Below the pieces are notes generated by a model. That model was not told the origin of the DNA. It saw only the letters and a list, made by a program, of their open reading frames with translations, and ran no database searches. DNA of 64,000 nucleotides from a bacterium (GTDB lineage Bacteria; Patescibacteriota; Minisyncoccia; Phycocordibacterales; JBBTRF01): contig JBAXTI010000001.1 in assembly GCA_037130265.1 (NCBI GenBank), positions 98,092 through 162,091 of the forward strand, in the 5' to 3' direction. The number at the start of each line of letters is the position of its first letter. The first letter of the stretch is position 1. Position numbers and translations under genes: made by a program. Shown one piece after another: positions 29,079 to 38,309 of this stretch.

Positions 29079-29113
29079 AAACAAAAAACCGCCTGATGGC
29101 GGTTTTTTTGTTT
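29079..29113 (-). terminator. Terminator of infC-rpmI-rplT
   Basis: aaacaaaaaaccgcc-tgat-ggcggtttttttgttt. Confidence 0.8.
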
Positions 29114-29125
29114 ATTTTGTATTTC

Positions 29126-29470
29126 TTATTTAACTTGCGCAACTACTCGCTTGAAGGTCTCTGGATGAAACTCGGCGAGGTGTGCCATGATCTTTCGGTC
29201 GACTTCGATGTTCTGCTTCTTCATTGCGCCGATGAACTTGCTGTATGAAAGGCCCATAGGGTCGAGTGCGGCGTTCATCTTTACGATCCACAAGCGTCGC
29301 ATGACACCCTTCTTGTCTCGTCGGTGAGCGAAGGCGTAGGTACCAGCGTGAGCGATGGCCTCGTATGCCATCTTTTCCTTTGAACTTCGGCCAAATCGAT
29401 AACCCTTGACCTGCTTGAGGACATTCTTTCGGGTTTTAAGGGCATTTGTTGCTTTCTTTACGCGTACCAT
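29126..29470 (-). CDS. rplT: 50S ribosomal protein bL20
   Basis: MVRVK, KGY, RRLWI, SYSKFI, DRKIMA. Confidence 0.97.
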   Translation of the reverse strand: MVRVKKATNALKTRKNVLKQVKGYRFGRSSKEKMAYEAIAHAGTYAFAHRRDKKGVMRRLWIVKMNAALDPMGLSYSKFIGAMKKQNIEVDRKIMAHLAEFHPETFKRVVAQVK

Positions 29471-29527
29471 TGGGGTGTTGTTATGCTTGTGGGGATTTTA
29501 ATAAAGGGGTATTTCGTCTTTTCTCGA

Positions 29528-29728
29528 TTACCGTCCGAGAGCGGCATTGCCTCCGAGGAAGCGTGCGCGGGTCTTGTTGGTCATGATAATAGCACCCATG
29601 CGATTCTTCTTCATCTGAGAGCGTCGTCGCTCCTTGGCGTTGAAGTGGTTGTGGCCTTTGCCTCGAGCGAGCACTTTACCCGTCTTCGTGACTTTGAGGC
29701 GCTTAGTGTATGACTTGTTTGGTCGCAT
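29528..29728 (-). CDS. rpmI: 50S ribosomal protein bL35
   Basis: KRLKVTKTGK, H.H; lies between infC and rplT. Confidence 0.93.
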   Translation of the reverse strand: MRPNKSYTKRLKVTKTGKVLARGKGHNHFNAKERRRSQMKKNRMGAIIMTNKTRARFLGGNAALGR

Positions 29729-29780
29729 GGGATTGGTATTAAAATTCGATGTTATTTTTTGGTTTGTGTTTGGCGTTTCG

Positions 29781-30293
29781 CTATTTCTTTTCGATGATGA
29801 CCGTGAGGCCCTTGAGCGCCTTCTTCGGCGGTTCGGCGATCGTGTACTCCTCGGTGATGAGCTTGAGGATGCGTTCGAGGCGCTCTTTGAGGAAGTTGAA
29901 TTCCATGTACTTCGAGCGGCCGGTGAGGAAGAGGTCGATTTTGATTCGATGTCCCTCCTTCAGCCATTCCGATGCCTTTTTTGCTTTCAATGCCAGATCG
30001 TGTTCGCCGGTGCCGATCTTCACTTGGACATTCTTCACTTCGATGACGTGGGCTTTCGCCTTGGCCGCCTTGAGCTTTTTGTTTTGATCGTACTGAAACT
30101 TTCCGTAGTCCATGATCTTCGCGATCGGCGGGACTGCATTCGGAGAGATTTCGATGAGATCAAGACCCGCTGCCAGGGCTTTGTCGAGGGCGTCCTTGAG
30201 GCTGATGACCCCAAAGTTTTCCCCGACAGGACCGATGACGCGTAGCTCCGCGACTCGAATTTGATGATTTATCCTGTGATTTACGGTGCTCAC
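29781..30293 (-). CDS. infC: Translation initiation factor IF-3 (start GTG 30293 or non-canonical ATC 30296)
   Basis: RINHQIR, LDLIEISPNA.PP.AKIMDYGKF.Y. Confidence 0.95.
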   Translation of the reverse strand: MSTVNHRINHQIRVAELRVIGPVGENFGVISLKDALDKALAAGLDLIEISPNAVPPIAKIMDYGKFQYDQNKKLKAAKAKAHVIEVKNVQVKIGTGEHDLALKAKKASEWLKEGHRIKIDLFLTGRSKYMEFNFLKERLERILKLITEEYTIAEPPKKALKGLTVIIEKK

Positions 30294-30391
30294 GATGTAT
30301 GAAGTAACCCAGCATTTATAGCACAATAGGCCTTTTTGTGCAATGTTTGGGCCGTCTGGATGGTTGTGAGGCGGGCGAGAAGCGGAATTTC

Positions 30392-31408
30392 TTATTTCGT
30401 CGCCAATTCTAGCCATTTCATGAGGACGCCGAAGTCCTTCTCGCGATTGTCGGAGCCGAGGAGGATGAAGGCGACGCTACGTGAGCTTTTTTGGATGGGG
30501 AGTTGGAACAGGGAAATGAGCGTTTCGCCGGCCTCAGAGGTGAAGCCGGTTTTGCCGCCGAGGAAGCGAGGGTCGTTTGCGAAGAGGTTGATGTTTTGCA
30601 GGTCGCGGTAGGTGGGGGCATCGGTGGCGGAGTAGACGCTGGCGGCCTGGAAGCGATAAGGGTCGGAGCGCTCGGTGTCGAGCATTACCGTTTTCTCGTG
30701 CGTCTTGGTGATGGTGAGAATGTCCGGTGCGAGATCCTTGATACTTTTGGCGAGGAGGAGGAGGTCGTAAGCAGTAGAGCGATTCTGTGCTGAAAGGCCG
30801 GATGGGTCGGCGAAGTATGTGTGGGTCATGTCGAGGAGCGCAGCTTGGCGATTCATTTGGTCGACGAAGTATCCAACATTGCCGAGGCCGTCGTATATGC
30901 CGGCGATTTGGTCGGCTGCGACGTTGCTTGATTCCATGAGGAGCGGATAGAAGAGTTCTTGCACTGGCGATGGTGCGCCGTACTGATGTGCAGTGAGTGC
31001 AGTCACGAGTTTGGTGAGTGAGGCGATGGGAAGAGAGAGGGCGGGTTGGCGACTGATGAGGACTTGGCCAGTGTCGGCGTCGGCGACGAGGAAGGCGGTG
31101 GCGGAAATGTTTTGTGGGCGGGCGATTTTTTGGTCGAGCTTGATTGCTGGTTTTTCGAGCCAGGAGAGCTTGGGTTTGGCGGCGGAGTCGATGACGGATT
31201 GTGGGCCGCCGTTAGTCTTGGCGAGACGTTGACGAATGTTTTTTGTTTCTCGTTCGGTCTGTGCCGTCTGCGCGGCGGATCTCGGCGAGAAATGTGCGTA
31301 GGTGGAGCGGCCGAGGAGAATAGTGATCAATAGGAGGCCGCCCCATTTCAGAGTGAAGGCGAGGCCTTGGGTGTCGAGGGTGCGGGGCGGGGTGTAGAGA
31401 GGGTCCAC
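30392..31408 (-). CDS. D-alanyl-D-alanine carboxypeptidase (peptidase S11)
   Basis: N-terminal TM; PIASLTK (SxxK), SSN, GGKTGFT motifs. Confidence 0.9.
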   Translation of the reverse strand: MDPLYTPPRTLDTQGLAFTLKWGGLLLITILLGRSTYAHFSPRSAAQTAQTERETKNIRQRLAKTNGGPQSVIDSAAKPKLSWLEKPAIKLDQKIARPQNISATAFLVADADTGQVLISRQPALSLPIASLTKLVTALTAHQYGAPSPVQELFYPLLMESSNVAADQIAGIYDGLGNVGYFVDQMNRQAALLDMTHTYFADPSGLSAQNRSTAYDLLLLAKSIKDLAPDILTITKTHEKTVMLDTERSDPYRFQAASVYSATDAPTYRDLQNINLFANDPRFLGGKTGFTSEAGETLISLFQLPIQKSSRSVAFILLGSDNREKDFGVLMKWLELATK

Positions 31409-31491
31409 GGGATAATGATAGCATGGGGAAGAATTTGAAAAATTGATAGAAAGACGTAGTGTTTTTTCTGCGAAGGTTTATAATTGTAGGA

Positions 31492-32322
31492 ATGTCAGAG
31501 CAAATTACCTCAACTGGCCACAATAAGGAGTTCGAGTCGATCAAAGAAATCGACGAAAACGGTATTGAGTTCTGGAGAGCCAGAAATCTATTTTCTTTGC
31601 TTGGGTATGCGACGTGGCAGGCTTTTGATGAGGTTGTTTTACGTGGTGCCAAAGCGGCCCTAAATAGCGGTCAGGTGGTGGAAAACCATTTTAGCCGGTT
31701 GACTAAAATGGTCGAGACAGGGTCTGGTGCTAGGCGAGAAGTTAAGGACTGGAAACTTGATCGCTATGCATGTTATTTGATCGCCCAGAATGGCGACTCA
31801 AAGATTCCGCAGATTGCCTTGGCTCAAACGTATTTTGCTATTCAGACACGAAGGCAGGAAATATTTGATACGTTGTCCGAAGCAGAGAAAAGGCTTTTTA
31901 TCCGCGGGGAGGTGGCTAGTGAAAACAAGAAATTGTTTAAGACCGCAAAGGAAGCGGGAGTTTCTCATTTTGGATTATTTAATGATGCCGGATACAAAGG
32001 TTTGTATGGTGCACCGCTCTCTGTTGTTGAGGCGAAGAAGGGTATTAAGAAAGGAGAATTATTAGATCGTGCTGGTGCGACAGAGCTTGCGGCTAATTTG
32101 TTTCGTATCACACAGACGGATGAAAAGCTGAAGAAGGGTGGTGTGAGGGGCGATGGTCCTGCCCAGAATGCCCATAACATGGTCGGCGGAAAGATTCGTC
32201 AGACGATAAAGGATATTGGTGGGGAATTGCCAGAAAATTTGAAGCCGGAGAAGCATATCAAAGAGGTTGAGAAAGATGTGAAGCAGTTAGGGAAAGGGAA
32301 GAAGCTTTTTGATAATAAATAA
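31492..32322 (+). CDS. dinD: DNA-damage-inducible protein D family
   Basis: EFWRAR.L..LLGY..W, RYACYLIAQNGD..K, AQTYFAIQTRRQE, ELAANLFRITQT. Confidence 0.9.
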   Translation: MSEQITSTGHNKEFESIKEIDENGIEFWRARNLFSLLGYATWQAFDEVVLRGAKAALNSGQVVENHFSRLTKMVETGSGARREVKDWKLDRYACYLIAQNGDSKIPQIALAQTYFAIQTRRQEIFDTLSEAEKRLFIRGEVASENKKLFKTAKEAGVSHFGLFNDAGYKGLYGAPLSVVEAKKGIKKGELLDRAGATELAANLFRITQTDEKLKKGGVRGDGPAQNAHNMVGGKIRQTIKDIGGELPENLKPEKHIKEVEKDVKQLGKGKKLFDNK

Positions 32323-32488
32323 TTGTACTCGTATGAAGATTCGTTCTAAAAAGCGTGCCATCGGAGCTGTTCTGTGGGCTCAAGCCGAGCCGACTGTACG
32401 AGGTGATTTGCGAGAGCTTGTGAAGTATCTAGCAGAGTAATTTTTTGGGCGGTTGAATGTCTTGAGGATGTGGTGTACTGTGGTGGAT

Positions 32489-32680
32489 ATGAGAAAGTTA
32501 TTGGTGTCGATGCTTCTGGTGGGGAGTTTAATCGGTTCCTTTGCGACGGGTATGGAGGCGAAAGCGAAGGCTTCGAACTATGGGCCGATGGCGCAGTGTC
32601 GAGATGGGACGTATAGCTATAGCATGAATCATCGCGGGACGTGTTCGTGGCATGGAGGGGTGAGGGTGTGGTTTAGGTAA
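32489..32680 (+). CDS. Secreted DUF3761-like protein
   Basis: Signal peptide, then AQCRDGTYSYS..HRGTCSWHGGV. Confidence 0.8.
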   Translation: MRKLLVSMLLVGSLIGSFATGMEAKAKASNYGPMAQCRDGTYSYSMNHRGTCSWHGGVRVWFR

Positions 32681-32687
32681 CAATGCT

Positions 32688-33506
32688 ATGAAGAAATTTC
32701 TTTCAATTTTGGTTTTGGTAGTGCTCGTGACCCCTCAGGTGGCGATGGCAGCTTGGTGGAATCCGTTTAGTTGGAGTGTGTTTCAGAAAAAGGAGGCGAA
32801 TGTGCAACAATTGGAGGTTCGAATCAAGGAGTTGGAAAAGAAGTTGGAGGCCGCTTCGACGACAGAGAAGGTTGTGGTTCCGAAGCCTGTTGTTGTGGAG
32901 AAAAAGAGTGTGAAGAAGGTGGTGCCGGTGGTTGAGGAAGAAGTTGCACCAGTGGTGCCGAAGACGTTTGTTTTGCCGAATGGGAGCGTTGTTGATGTAG
33001 CGGGGAATGTGGTGAGTGCGGCGCCAGTTAAAGACGATAAGACCATCGGTGAGGATTATTTTAATGAGCATAAGACTTGTGCCGGGTTGAGGGACGTTCA
33101 GCCTAATTCGTATTCATTCTGTGTTGATTATGCCCTTAATAAGGTGGACGTACCGGTCAGTAATTCGCAGAGTGTCCAGGGCGACAAGTTTACTGGCGAG
33201 AATTATTTCAAGGAACACAAAACCTGCGCAGGACTGAAAGATGTAAATGCTAACCAACATTCTTTTTGTATCAGTTATGCATTGAATGGTGACAATTCGT
33301 TTGATAGTAAGCAGTCGAGATTAAATGCTATAAATCTTAAGATCGCTAATCTTAATGCGAAATATGCTAAAGATCTTGCTGCCGCAAGAACGCAAGGAAG
33401 TAGTACTGATTATTCCGAAGGACTGATGAGATACATAAGTATTCAGTACAATATTGACTACGCAGCCTTAATGGCTGAATTCCAACAAATTCAATACAGC
33501 AATTAG
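32688..33506 (+). CDS. Secreted hypothetical protein with a tandem Cys-containing repeat
   Basis: Signal peptide + AAWWNPFSW, coiled coil, two copies of GE.YF.EHKTCAGL.DV.....SFC..YALN. Confidence 0.8.
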   Translation: MKKFLSILVLVVLVTPQVAMAAWWNPFSWSVFQKKEANVQQLEVRIKELEKKLEAASTTEKVVVPKPVVVEKKSVKKVVPVVEEEVAPVVPKTFVLPNGSVVDVAGNVVSAAPVKDDKTIGEDYFNEHKTCAGLRDVQPNSYSFCVDYALNKVDVPVSNSQSVQGDKFTGENYFKEHKTCAGLKDVNANQHSFCISYALNGDNSFDSKQSRLNAINLKIANLNAKYAKDLAAARTQGSSTDYSEGLMRYISIQYNIDYAALMAEFQQIQYSN

Positions 33507-33626
33507 TGGGGGAATTGGTCACAGGTTCTTTTTGCTCCGCAAAAATCCCCGCGACCCCGCCTCGCTCGGTGCAATTCGCTTCGCTCATATAGCACCGTCG
33601 CTCCGGCTTTCAATTCCTGCTTCCAT
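33507..33626. repeat. Structured palindromic element downstream of tmRNA, bounded by T-arm-like inverted ends
   Basis: ggaattg...caattcc ends; nested hairpins such as tttttgc-tcc-gcaaaaa and ggtgc...gcacc. Confidence 0.5.
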
Positions 33627-33632
33627 GTTTCC

Positions 33633-33676
33633 AAACAAACAAAAAAGCATCCGGGGAGGATGCTTTTTTGTTTGTT
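33633..33676. terminator. tmRNA terminator (bidirectional type)
   Basis: aacaaacaaaaaagcatcc/ggatgcttttttgtttgtt. Confidence 0.85.
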
Positions 33677-33677
33677 G

Positions 33678-34069
33678 TGGAGATGGGAGGAATTGAACCC
33701 CCGTGCAGAAGAGTCTAGTGAATGGGTCTACGAAGGGTAGGGCGCTTCTATGTCTGCGGGGCAGACAATTCGCGTGTGCCGTTATGAAACGACCGAAAGG
33801 CGGCTCGCGCTATTCCCATGATCTCGAATCGGCGGCGGGACTCCGCTGATCCTATTCCACAAATATAGCGTCAGGACCGAACGGTGTGGAAACCATCCGG
33901 CTGGCGTCGCTTAGGCTTTAGCGTAAGCGAATGCAAAGTCGTTCGCACTTGCGTACGGAGACTTTACAGATCCAAGTTTTGCACTTAGAATTTTCAGCCT
34001 TTTTAAGAGTTACTGAAGCTCTCCTTCGCACATTCAAGAGATATTCTTCCGTCGATGCCTGGCATCCCC
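33678..34069 (-). ncRNA. ssrA: tmRNA
   Basis: 5' GGGGATG pairs with CATCTCC-A including the G3.U pair; GGTTCAATTCC T-arm; tag ORF at 33982-33911; adjacent to smpB. Confidence 0.95.
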
Positions 34070-34149
34070 GTATGAAAATCTGTTTGTGTGGAGCCGACTC
34101 GCATGTACACATCATCTTTTGTGATGTGGGCGCGGCGGCAATGTTGTTG

Positions 34150-34593
34150 TCAACGATCTCGGTACTCTCGGGCGACGTCGCGCGCAGACTGCTTCTTCTT
34201 CATCGATTCTCGCTTGTCGTGCTTCTTTTTGCCTTTCACGACGGCGATTTCTATCTTCAGTTTCCGACCCTTATTATACACCGAAACAGGCACTATTGTC
34301 AAACCCTGTTTCGACTCAATATTGGCCAATTCCTGAAGCTCTTTTTTACTCAGCAAGAGCTTGCGGATGCGAGCCTGATCAAAATCTTTTGGTGCGTTGA
34401 GGGGTTGAAAAGGCGGAATCTCGGTATTCATCAGAAAGGCCTCGCCACCGCGGATGGTGACGTAGCCGCCTTCGAGCTTGCCGAGCTTGGCGCGGACAGA
34501 CTTCACTTCGGTGCCGAGCAGCTCAATACCAGCCTCGTATTTCTCGAGGATTTCATAATCAAGGCCGATTTTTTTGTGCTGCAACAGCGCCAT
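34150..34593 (-). CDS. smpB: SsrA-binding protein SmpB
   Basis: YEAGIELLGTEVKS, RKLLL.KKE, GLTIVP, KGKKKHDKRE. Confidence 0.97.
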   Translation of the reverse strand: MALLQHKKIGLDYEILEKYEAGIELLGTEVKSVRAKLGKLEGGYVTIRGGEAFLMNTEIPPFQPLNAPKDFDQARIRKLLLSKKELQELANIESKQGLTIVPVSVYNKGRKLKIEIAVVKGKKKHDKRESMKKKQSARDVAREYRDR

Positions 34594-34732
34594 GGGTATC
34601 ATCATAGCATGGGGGAATGGGGTGGCCGCGCTTTACTTCGTCTCCAAAATATGGTATTTCTATAGCTAGTCTAGCAGTAGGGAAAAAAGCAATAAAATAA
34701 TAACCAGGAAAAAAGAAAGGGAACCACACTGT

Positions 34733-35323
34733 ATGAATGCAAGCCTGTTCCTCGCCACAAGTTTCGTGCTCGCGCTCCTCGGAATCCTCGCCTATACCAT
34801 TTGGTATCGGGAGAGCAAGCGCTTGATGCGCAAATGCAGAAACATCCTCCCGAGCGGTAGGGTGTGCGTTTGTGATCCTCGTCGGATTGGTCAAATCTAC
34901 CAAATGGTTCAGCCCTCCGGAACGGACCCGTTGTTTGATGGGACAAAGGTGCTTGCCCTGGTGCTTGCGCGTTGTCAGGTCACCGGTGATACGATAATCG
35001 CGAAGCATGAGCAGAAACATATCCATCCGATAAGTCGGCGATGGAAGATGTTCATGGAGCCAGTTGCTTACCGGCCAAATATTGAGTTTCTCCTCTCTGT
35101 TCGCGATCCTGTCACTGTTGTCCAGATGTTGGAGTTGATTAGGCTTTCCAATGGCAAGGATGCGACGACATTATTGGATGGCATCCTCCCGGATCCGCAG
35201 TCGGTGCCACAGCACTACATGGATCTTCGTGATGTTGTCGGTCGGCGACGCAAAGCTCGGCGCGATAAGGACGGAATAGGTCCATTAAAAAGCCCACGAC
35301 CGCTTCAAGGCCTCCTCGTATGA
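34733..35323 (+). CDS. Hypothetical protein with N-terminal TM helix (orphan)
   Basis: 196-aa ORF, AGAAAGG upstream, terminator-like hairpin near 35345-35382. Confidence 0.6.
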   Translation: MNASLFLATSFVLALLGILAYTIWYRESKRLMRKCRNILPSGRVCVCDPRRIGQIYQMVQPSGTDPLFDGTKVLALVLARCQVTGDTIIAKHEQKHIHPISRRWKMFMEPVAYRPNIEFLLSVRDPVTVVQMLELIRLSNGKDATTLLDGILPDPQSVPQHYMDLRDVVGRRRKARRDKDGIGPLKSPRPLQGLLV

Positions 35324-35430
35324 TCTGTTGCCCTCCCCTCAAACGCGTTCCTGTCATTGCACAGGGCCGCGTTTTTCTTTTTGGCGAGATTTTTTCTTCC
35401 TTTCTCCTCGAAAATCTGTATAATCACCCC

Positions 35431-37467
35431 ATGAATCAGATTCCATCCAACGAGCCAGCGGGCGCTCAAAAGCCACCCAAAATGCCGAAGGCACCAAAGA
35501 TAAAGCTGCCGAAGGGTGCAAAGGAGCCGAGTAGCTTTCTGTCGAACCTGCTCACAGTACTCGTGGTGCTTTTCCTGCTGACAGGCCTGTTTTCTGGTCT
35601 GGTGTCTTCTGGGGTAAAGACTGAAACAATTGCACTTTCCGAATTGGCGCAAGACGTGAATGCGCAGAAAGTGGCGGTGATTACGGTAAGTGGTAGTGAT
35701 CTCACGATTGAATACCAGAAGGTGAAGCCGACACCAGGCACAGGCGCTTCTGCGGCGGTGGCTGGTACGGCCGGTAGCGCAACCACTTCCACCGAAGTCG
35801 CGGCTGTCGTGAAAAAATCTAAAAAAGAAACTGATTCTTCTCTCACTGACACGCTCGCGCGATATGGTGCGACAGCGGAAAAGTTGAAGGCGGTGAAGAT
35901 TGAGATCAAAGACCCGAGCGGCTTTGGATATTGGGCGGGGAAGCTCCTTCCGGTACTCATCCCACTGCTCGGATTGCTCATTATCATCTGGTTTCTTTCG
36001 CGACAGATGCGTGGCGCGGGGATGCAGGCCATGTCTTTTGGTCAATCGAAGGCGCGCATGATTTTGCCGAGCGATGAAAAACAGCGAGTGAAGTTTAAGG
36101 ACGTGGCAGGTGCAAAGGAAGCGAAGCAAGAGCTTTCCGAGATTGTGGACTTTTTGAAGAATCCAAAGAAATTTTTTGAGATAGGTGCAGTGATTCCGAA
36201 GGGCATCATGCTCATGGGTGCGCCCGGTACTGGCAAGACCTTGCTCGCGCGGGCCGTGGCGGGTGAGGCGGGTGTGGCGTTCTTCTCAATCTCTGGTTCA
36301 GAGTTTGTGGAAATGTTTGTCGGTGTCGGCGCGTCTCGCGTGCGCGATTTGTTTAAGATGGCGAAGGAGGCCTCACCATCGATTATTTTCGTGGATGAAA
36401 TCGATGCGGTGGGTCGTGTTCGTGGTACCGGTGTGGGTGGTGGCAATGACGAGCGCGAGCAGACCTTGAACCAGATCCTCGTGGAGATGGACGGTTTCGA
36501 ACCAACTGAAAAGGTGATTGTGATGGCGGCGACCAACCGTCCTGATGTGCTTGATCCTGCATTGCTTCGACCGGGCCGATTTGATCGACGGGTGACTATC
36601 GACCTGCCAGATCGTGGCGACCGCGAGGAAATTTTGAAGATCCATTCAGCGAAGAAGCCGTTTGCTGAAGATGTAAATTTGAAAGTGATTGCGGAACGTA
36701 CCCCAGGCTTTTCTGGTGCCGATTTGTATTCGCTCATGAACGAAGGTGCTATTTTGGCAGCCCGCGAAGAGCGCAAGAAGGTGGCGCAGTTTGATCTTAT
36801 ACGTGCGATCGAAAAGGTGATGCTTGGTCCGGAGCGTCGCAGTCATTTGTTGTCGAAGAAAGAAAAAGAGGTCACAGCGTATCATGAGGCGGGTCACGCA
36901 CTCATTTCGTCGATCTTGCCTCATGCTGATCCTGTACACAAGATATCGATCATCTCTCGTGGTCGCGCAGCAGGATACACTTTGCATTTGCCGCTCGAAG
37001 ATCGCAAGATGCAATCGAAGAAAGAATTTTTGGATGATATCGCGGTGTCATTGGGAGGATACGTGGTGGAGAAAATGGTGTTTGGCGATATCACGACCGG
37101 CCCATCGAATGACCTGCAGGTGTCTACCGCTTTGGCTCGCGATATGGTGACGAAGTATGGTATGTCCGACAAGTTGGGTCCAATCGCTCTCGAAGGTTCC
37201 GGTGGAAGGGCGTTGTTTGGTCGCGGTGTTGAAGACAAGGAGTATTCTGAGCGAGTGAGTGCAGAGATCGACGGGGAAGTTGCGCGCATTATGAGCGAGG
37301 CCCGCGCGAAGGCGGAGGAAGTGGTCACCAAGCATCGCGCTGCTCTCGATGCGATCGCTGTGCGGCTGGTGGAAGTGGAGACGATCGAGCGAGAGGAATA
37401 TGAGAAGCTCGTGTTGGCGTTTGGAATTGTCGCAAAAAAGAAGGATATCATTGCGCCGACGGTGTAG
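35431..37467 (+). CDS. ftsH: ATP-dependent zinc metalloprotease FtsH
   Basis: Two TMs, [30 protein letters not shown]; start at 35431 just after a TATAAT box. Confidence 0.98.
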   Translation: MNQIPSNEPAGAQKPPKMPKAPKIKLPKGAKEPSSFLSNLLTVLVVLFLLTGLFSGLVSSGVKTETIALSELAQDVNAQKVAVITVSGSDLTIEYQKVKPTPGTGASAAVAGTAGSATTSTEVAAVVKKSKKETDSSLTDTLARYGATAEKLKAVKIEIKDPSGFGYWAGKLLPVLIPLLGLLIIIWFLSRQMRGAGMQAMSFGQSKARMILPSDEKQRVKFKDVAGAKEAKQELSEIVDFLKNPKKFFEIGAVIPKGIMLMGAPGTGKTLLARAVAGEAGVAFFSISGSEFVEMFVGVGASRVRDLFKMAKEASPSIIFVDEIDAVGRVRGTGVGGGNDEREQTLNQILVEMDGFEPTEKVIVMAATNRPDVLDPALLRPGRFDRRVTIDLPDRGDREEILKIHSAKKPFAEDVNLKVIAERTPGFSGADLYSLMNEGAILAAREERKKVAQFDLIRAIEKVMLGPERRSHLLSKKEKEVTAYHEAGHALISSILPHADPVHKISIISRGRAAGYTLHLPLEDRKMQSKKEFLDDIAVSLGGYVVEKMVFGDITTGPSNDLQVSTALARDMVTKYGMSDKLGPIALEGSGGRALFGRGVEDKEYSERVSAEIDGEVARIMSEARAKAEEVVTKHRAALDAIAVRLVEVETIEREEYEKLVLAFGIVAKKKDIIAPTV

Positions 37468-37553
37468 TCGGAAAGTTGCTTCGTTTACGTTTTTGTTGTA
37501 TAAAGTGCGAAGCAAAGCACTCGCCTATGTTGGCGAGACGTCACCACAATCGC

Positions 37554-37826
37554 ATGAAACAACCCAAAAGACCGCCAAGAAAGAATCCCTATTCAACATG
37601 GGGAATTGATCCAGTGATGGAGCTAGTGGAAGTTCTGAAAAGCCAGACGCCTAGAAGCCGGGCCGAACGCTGGCACAGAACTCATCGCCTTCGGTTGCTT
37701 GCTGAACGCATGTCGGATCTGCCCGGAGAGGTGCGTCACAGGAGGATTTCATCTCTTGCCGCCAGACTCTGTCCGATGCTGGCCGGAATGGAGCCGATGC
37801 CTGAACTCGATGGGAGGTCAGCATGA
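37554..37826 (+). CDS. Hypothetical protein
   Basis: Basic 90-aa ORF with an ATGA overlap to the next ORF. Confidence 0.45.
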   Translation: MKQPKRPPRKNPYSTWGIDPVMELVEVLKSQTPRSRAERWHRTHRLRLLAERMSDLPGEVRHRRISSLAARLCPMLAGMEPMPELDGRSA

Positions 37827-38038
37827 GCCTTGCTCCACGAACGAATCCATATTTCGACTGGCCTGAATGGCAAGTTCGCGACGAGATCGCCAAATTGAAT
37901 GTCCCGCCGAGAATACTCAAGACCTGGCCGATGTCTGACAAGCAACGGCGCACCATCAAGCTTCAGGGTTTGAATCAGCGTTTGGAAGAGATCCTGCGTT
38001 TTCAGTCGGAACCGTGTTTGCCCATCAGTAGTTGCTGA
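37823..38038 (+). CDS. Hypothetical protein
   Basis: 71-aa ORF, GGAGG upstream, terminator at 38066-38102. Confidence 0.45.
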   Translation: MSLAPRTNPYFDWPEWQVRDEIAKLNVPPRILKTWPMSDKQRRTIKLQGLNQRLEEILRFQSEPCLPISSC

Positions 38039-38219
38039 GGTTGCTATCCGACATGTTCTCGCTCAAAACCCGCCGTTGCAAGACGGCGGGTTTTTCTTTT
38101 TTGTAATGTCGTTTGCGGATACCTCCACGTTCCTTTATGATACAACTATGCGCCCGTATACTATGCGGGCGCTGCGTTCGGAACGAAAGTCTGAGCCAGC
38201 TCGCCTTTGTTCCTCACTT

Positions 38220-38292
38220 GCGCCCGTAGCTCAGTTGGTAGAGCAGGTGTCTTATACACACCTGGCCGGGGGTTCGAATCCCTCCGGGCGCA
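38220..38292 (+). tRNA. tRNA-Ile(UAU)
   Basis: Cloverleaf GCGCCCG/CGGGCGC-A, anticodon arm GGTGT-CT-TAT-AC-ACACC, GGTTCGAATCC; CCA not encoded. Confidence 0.9.
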
Positions 38293-38309
38293 CATTTTTT
38301 CAGACGAGG

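Noticed and set aside
32333-32440. 35-aa ORF after dinD (MKIRSKKRAIGAVLWAQAEP...)
   Set aside because: Too short and without a motif; cannot be told apart from a remnant or chance ORF.
33507-33517. att-like direct repeat of the tmRNA 3' end bounding the dinD islet
   Set aside because: Only a gapped ~11-nt match (tgggggaattg versus tgggaggaattg), and no convincing repeat at the far end of the islet.
33918-34665. ORFs 33918-34115(-) and 33931-34665(+)
   Set aside because: They overlap tmRNA and the antisense strand of smpB; shadow ORFs.
35320-35430. N-terminal extensions in the ORF track for ftsH (also ung, pilM, rpsE, infC and pilins 54279 and 55491)
   Set aside because: They run through terminators, promoters or upstream genes; downstream starts fit homology and -10 spacing better.
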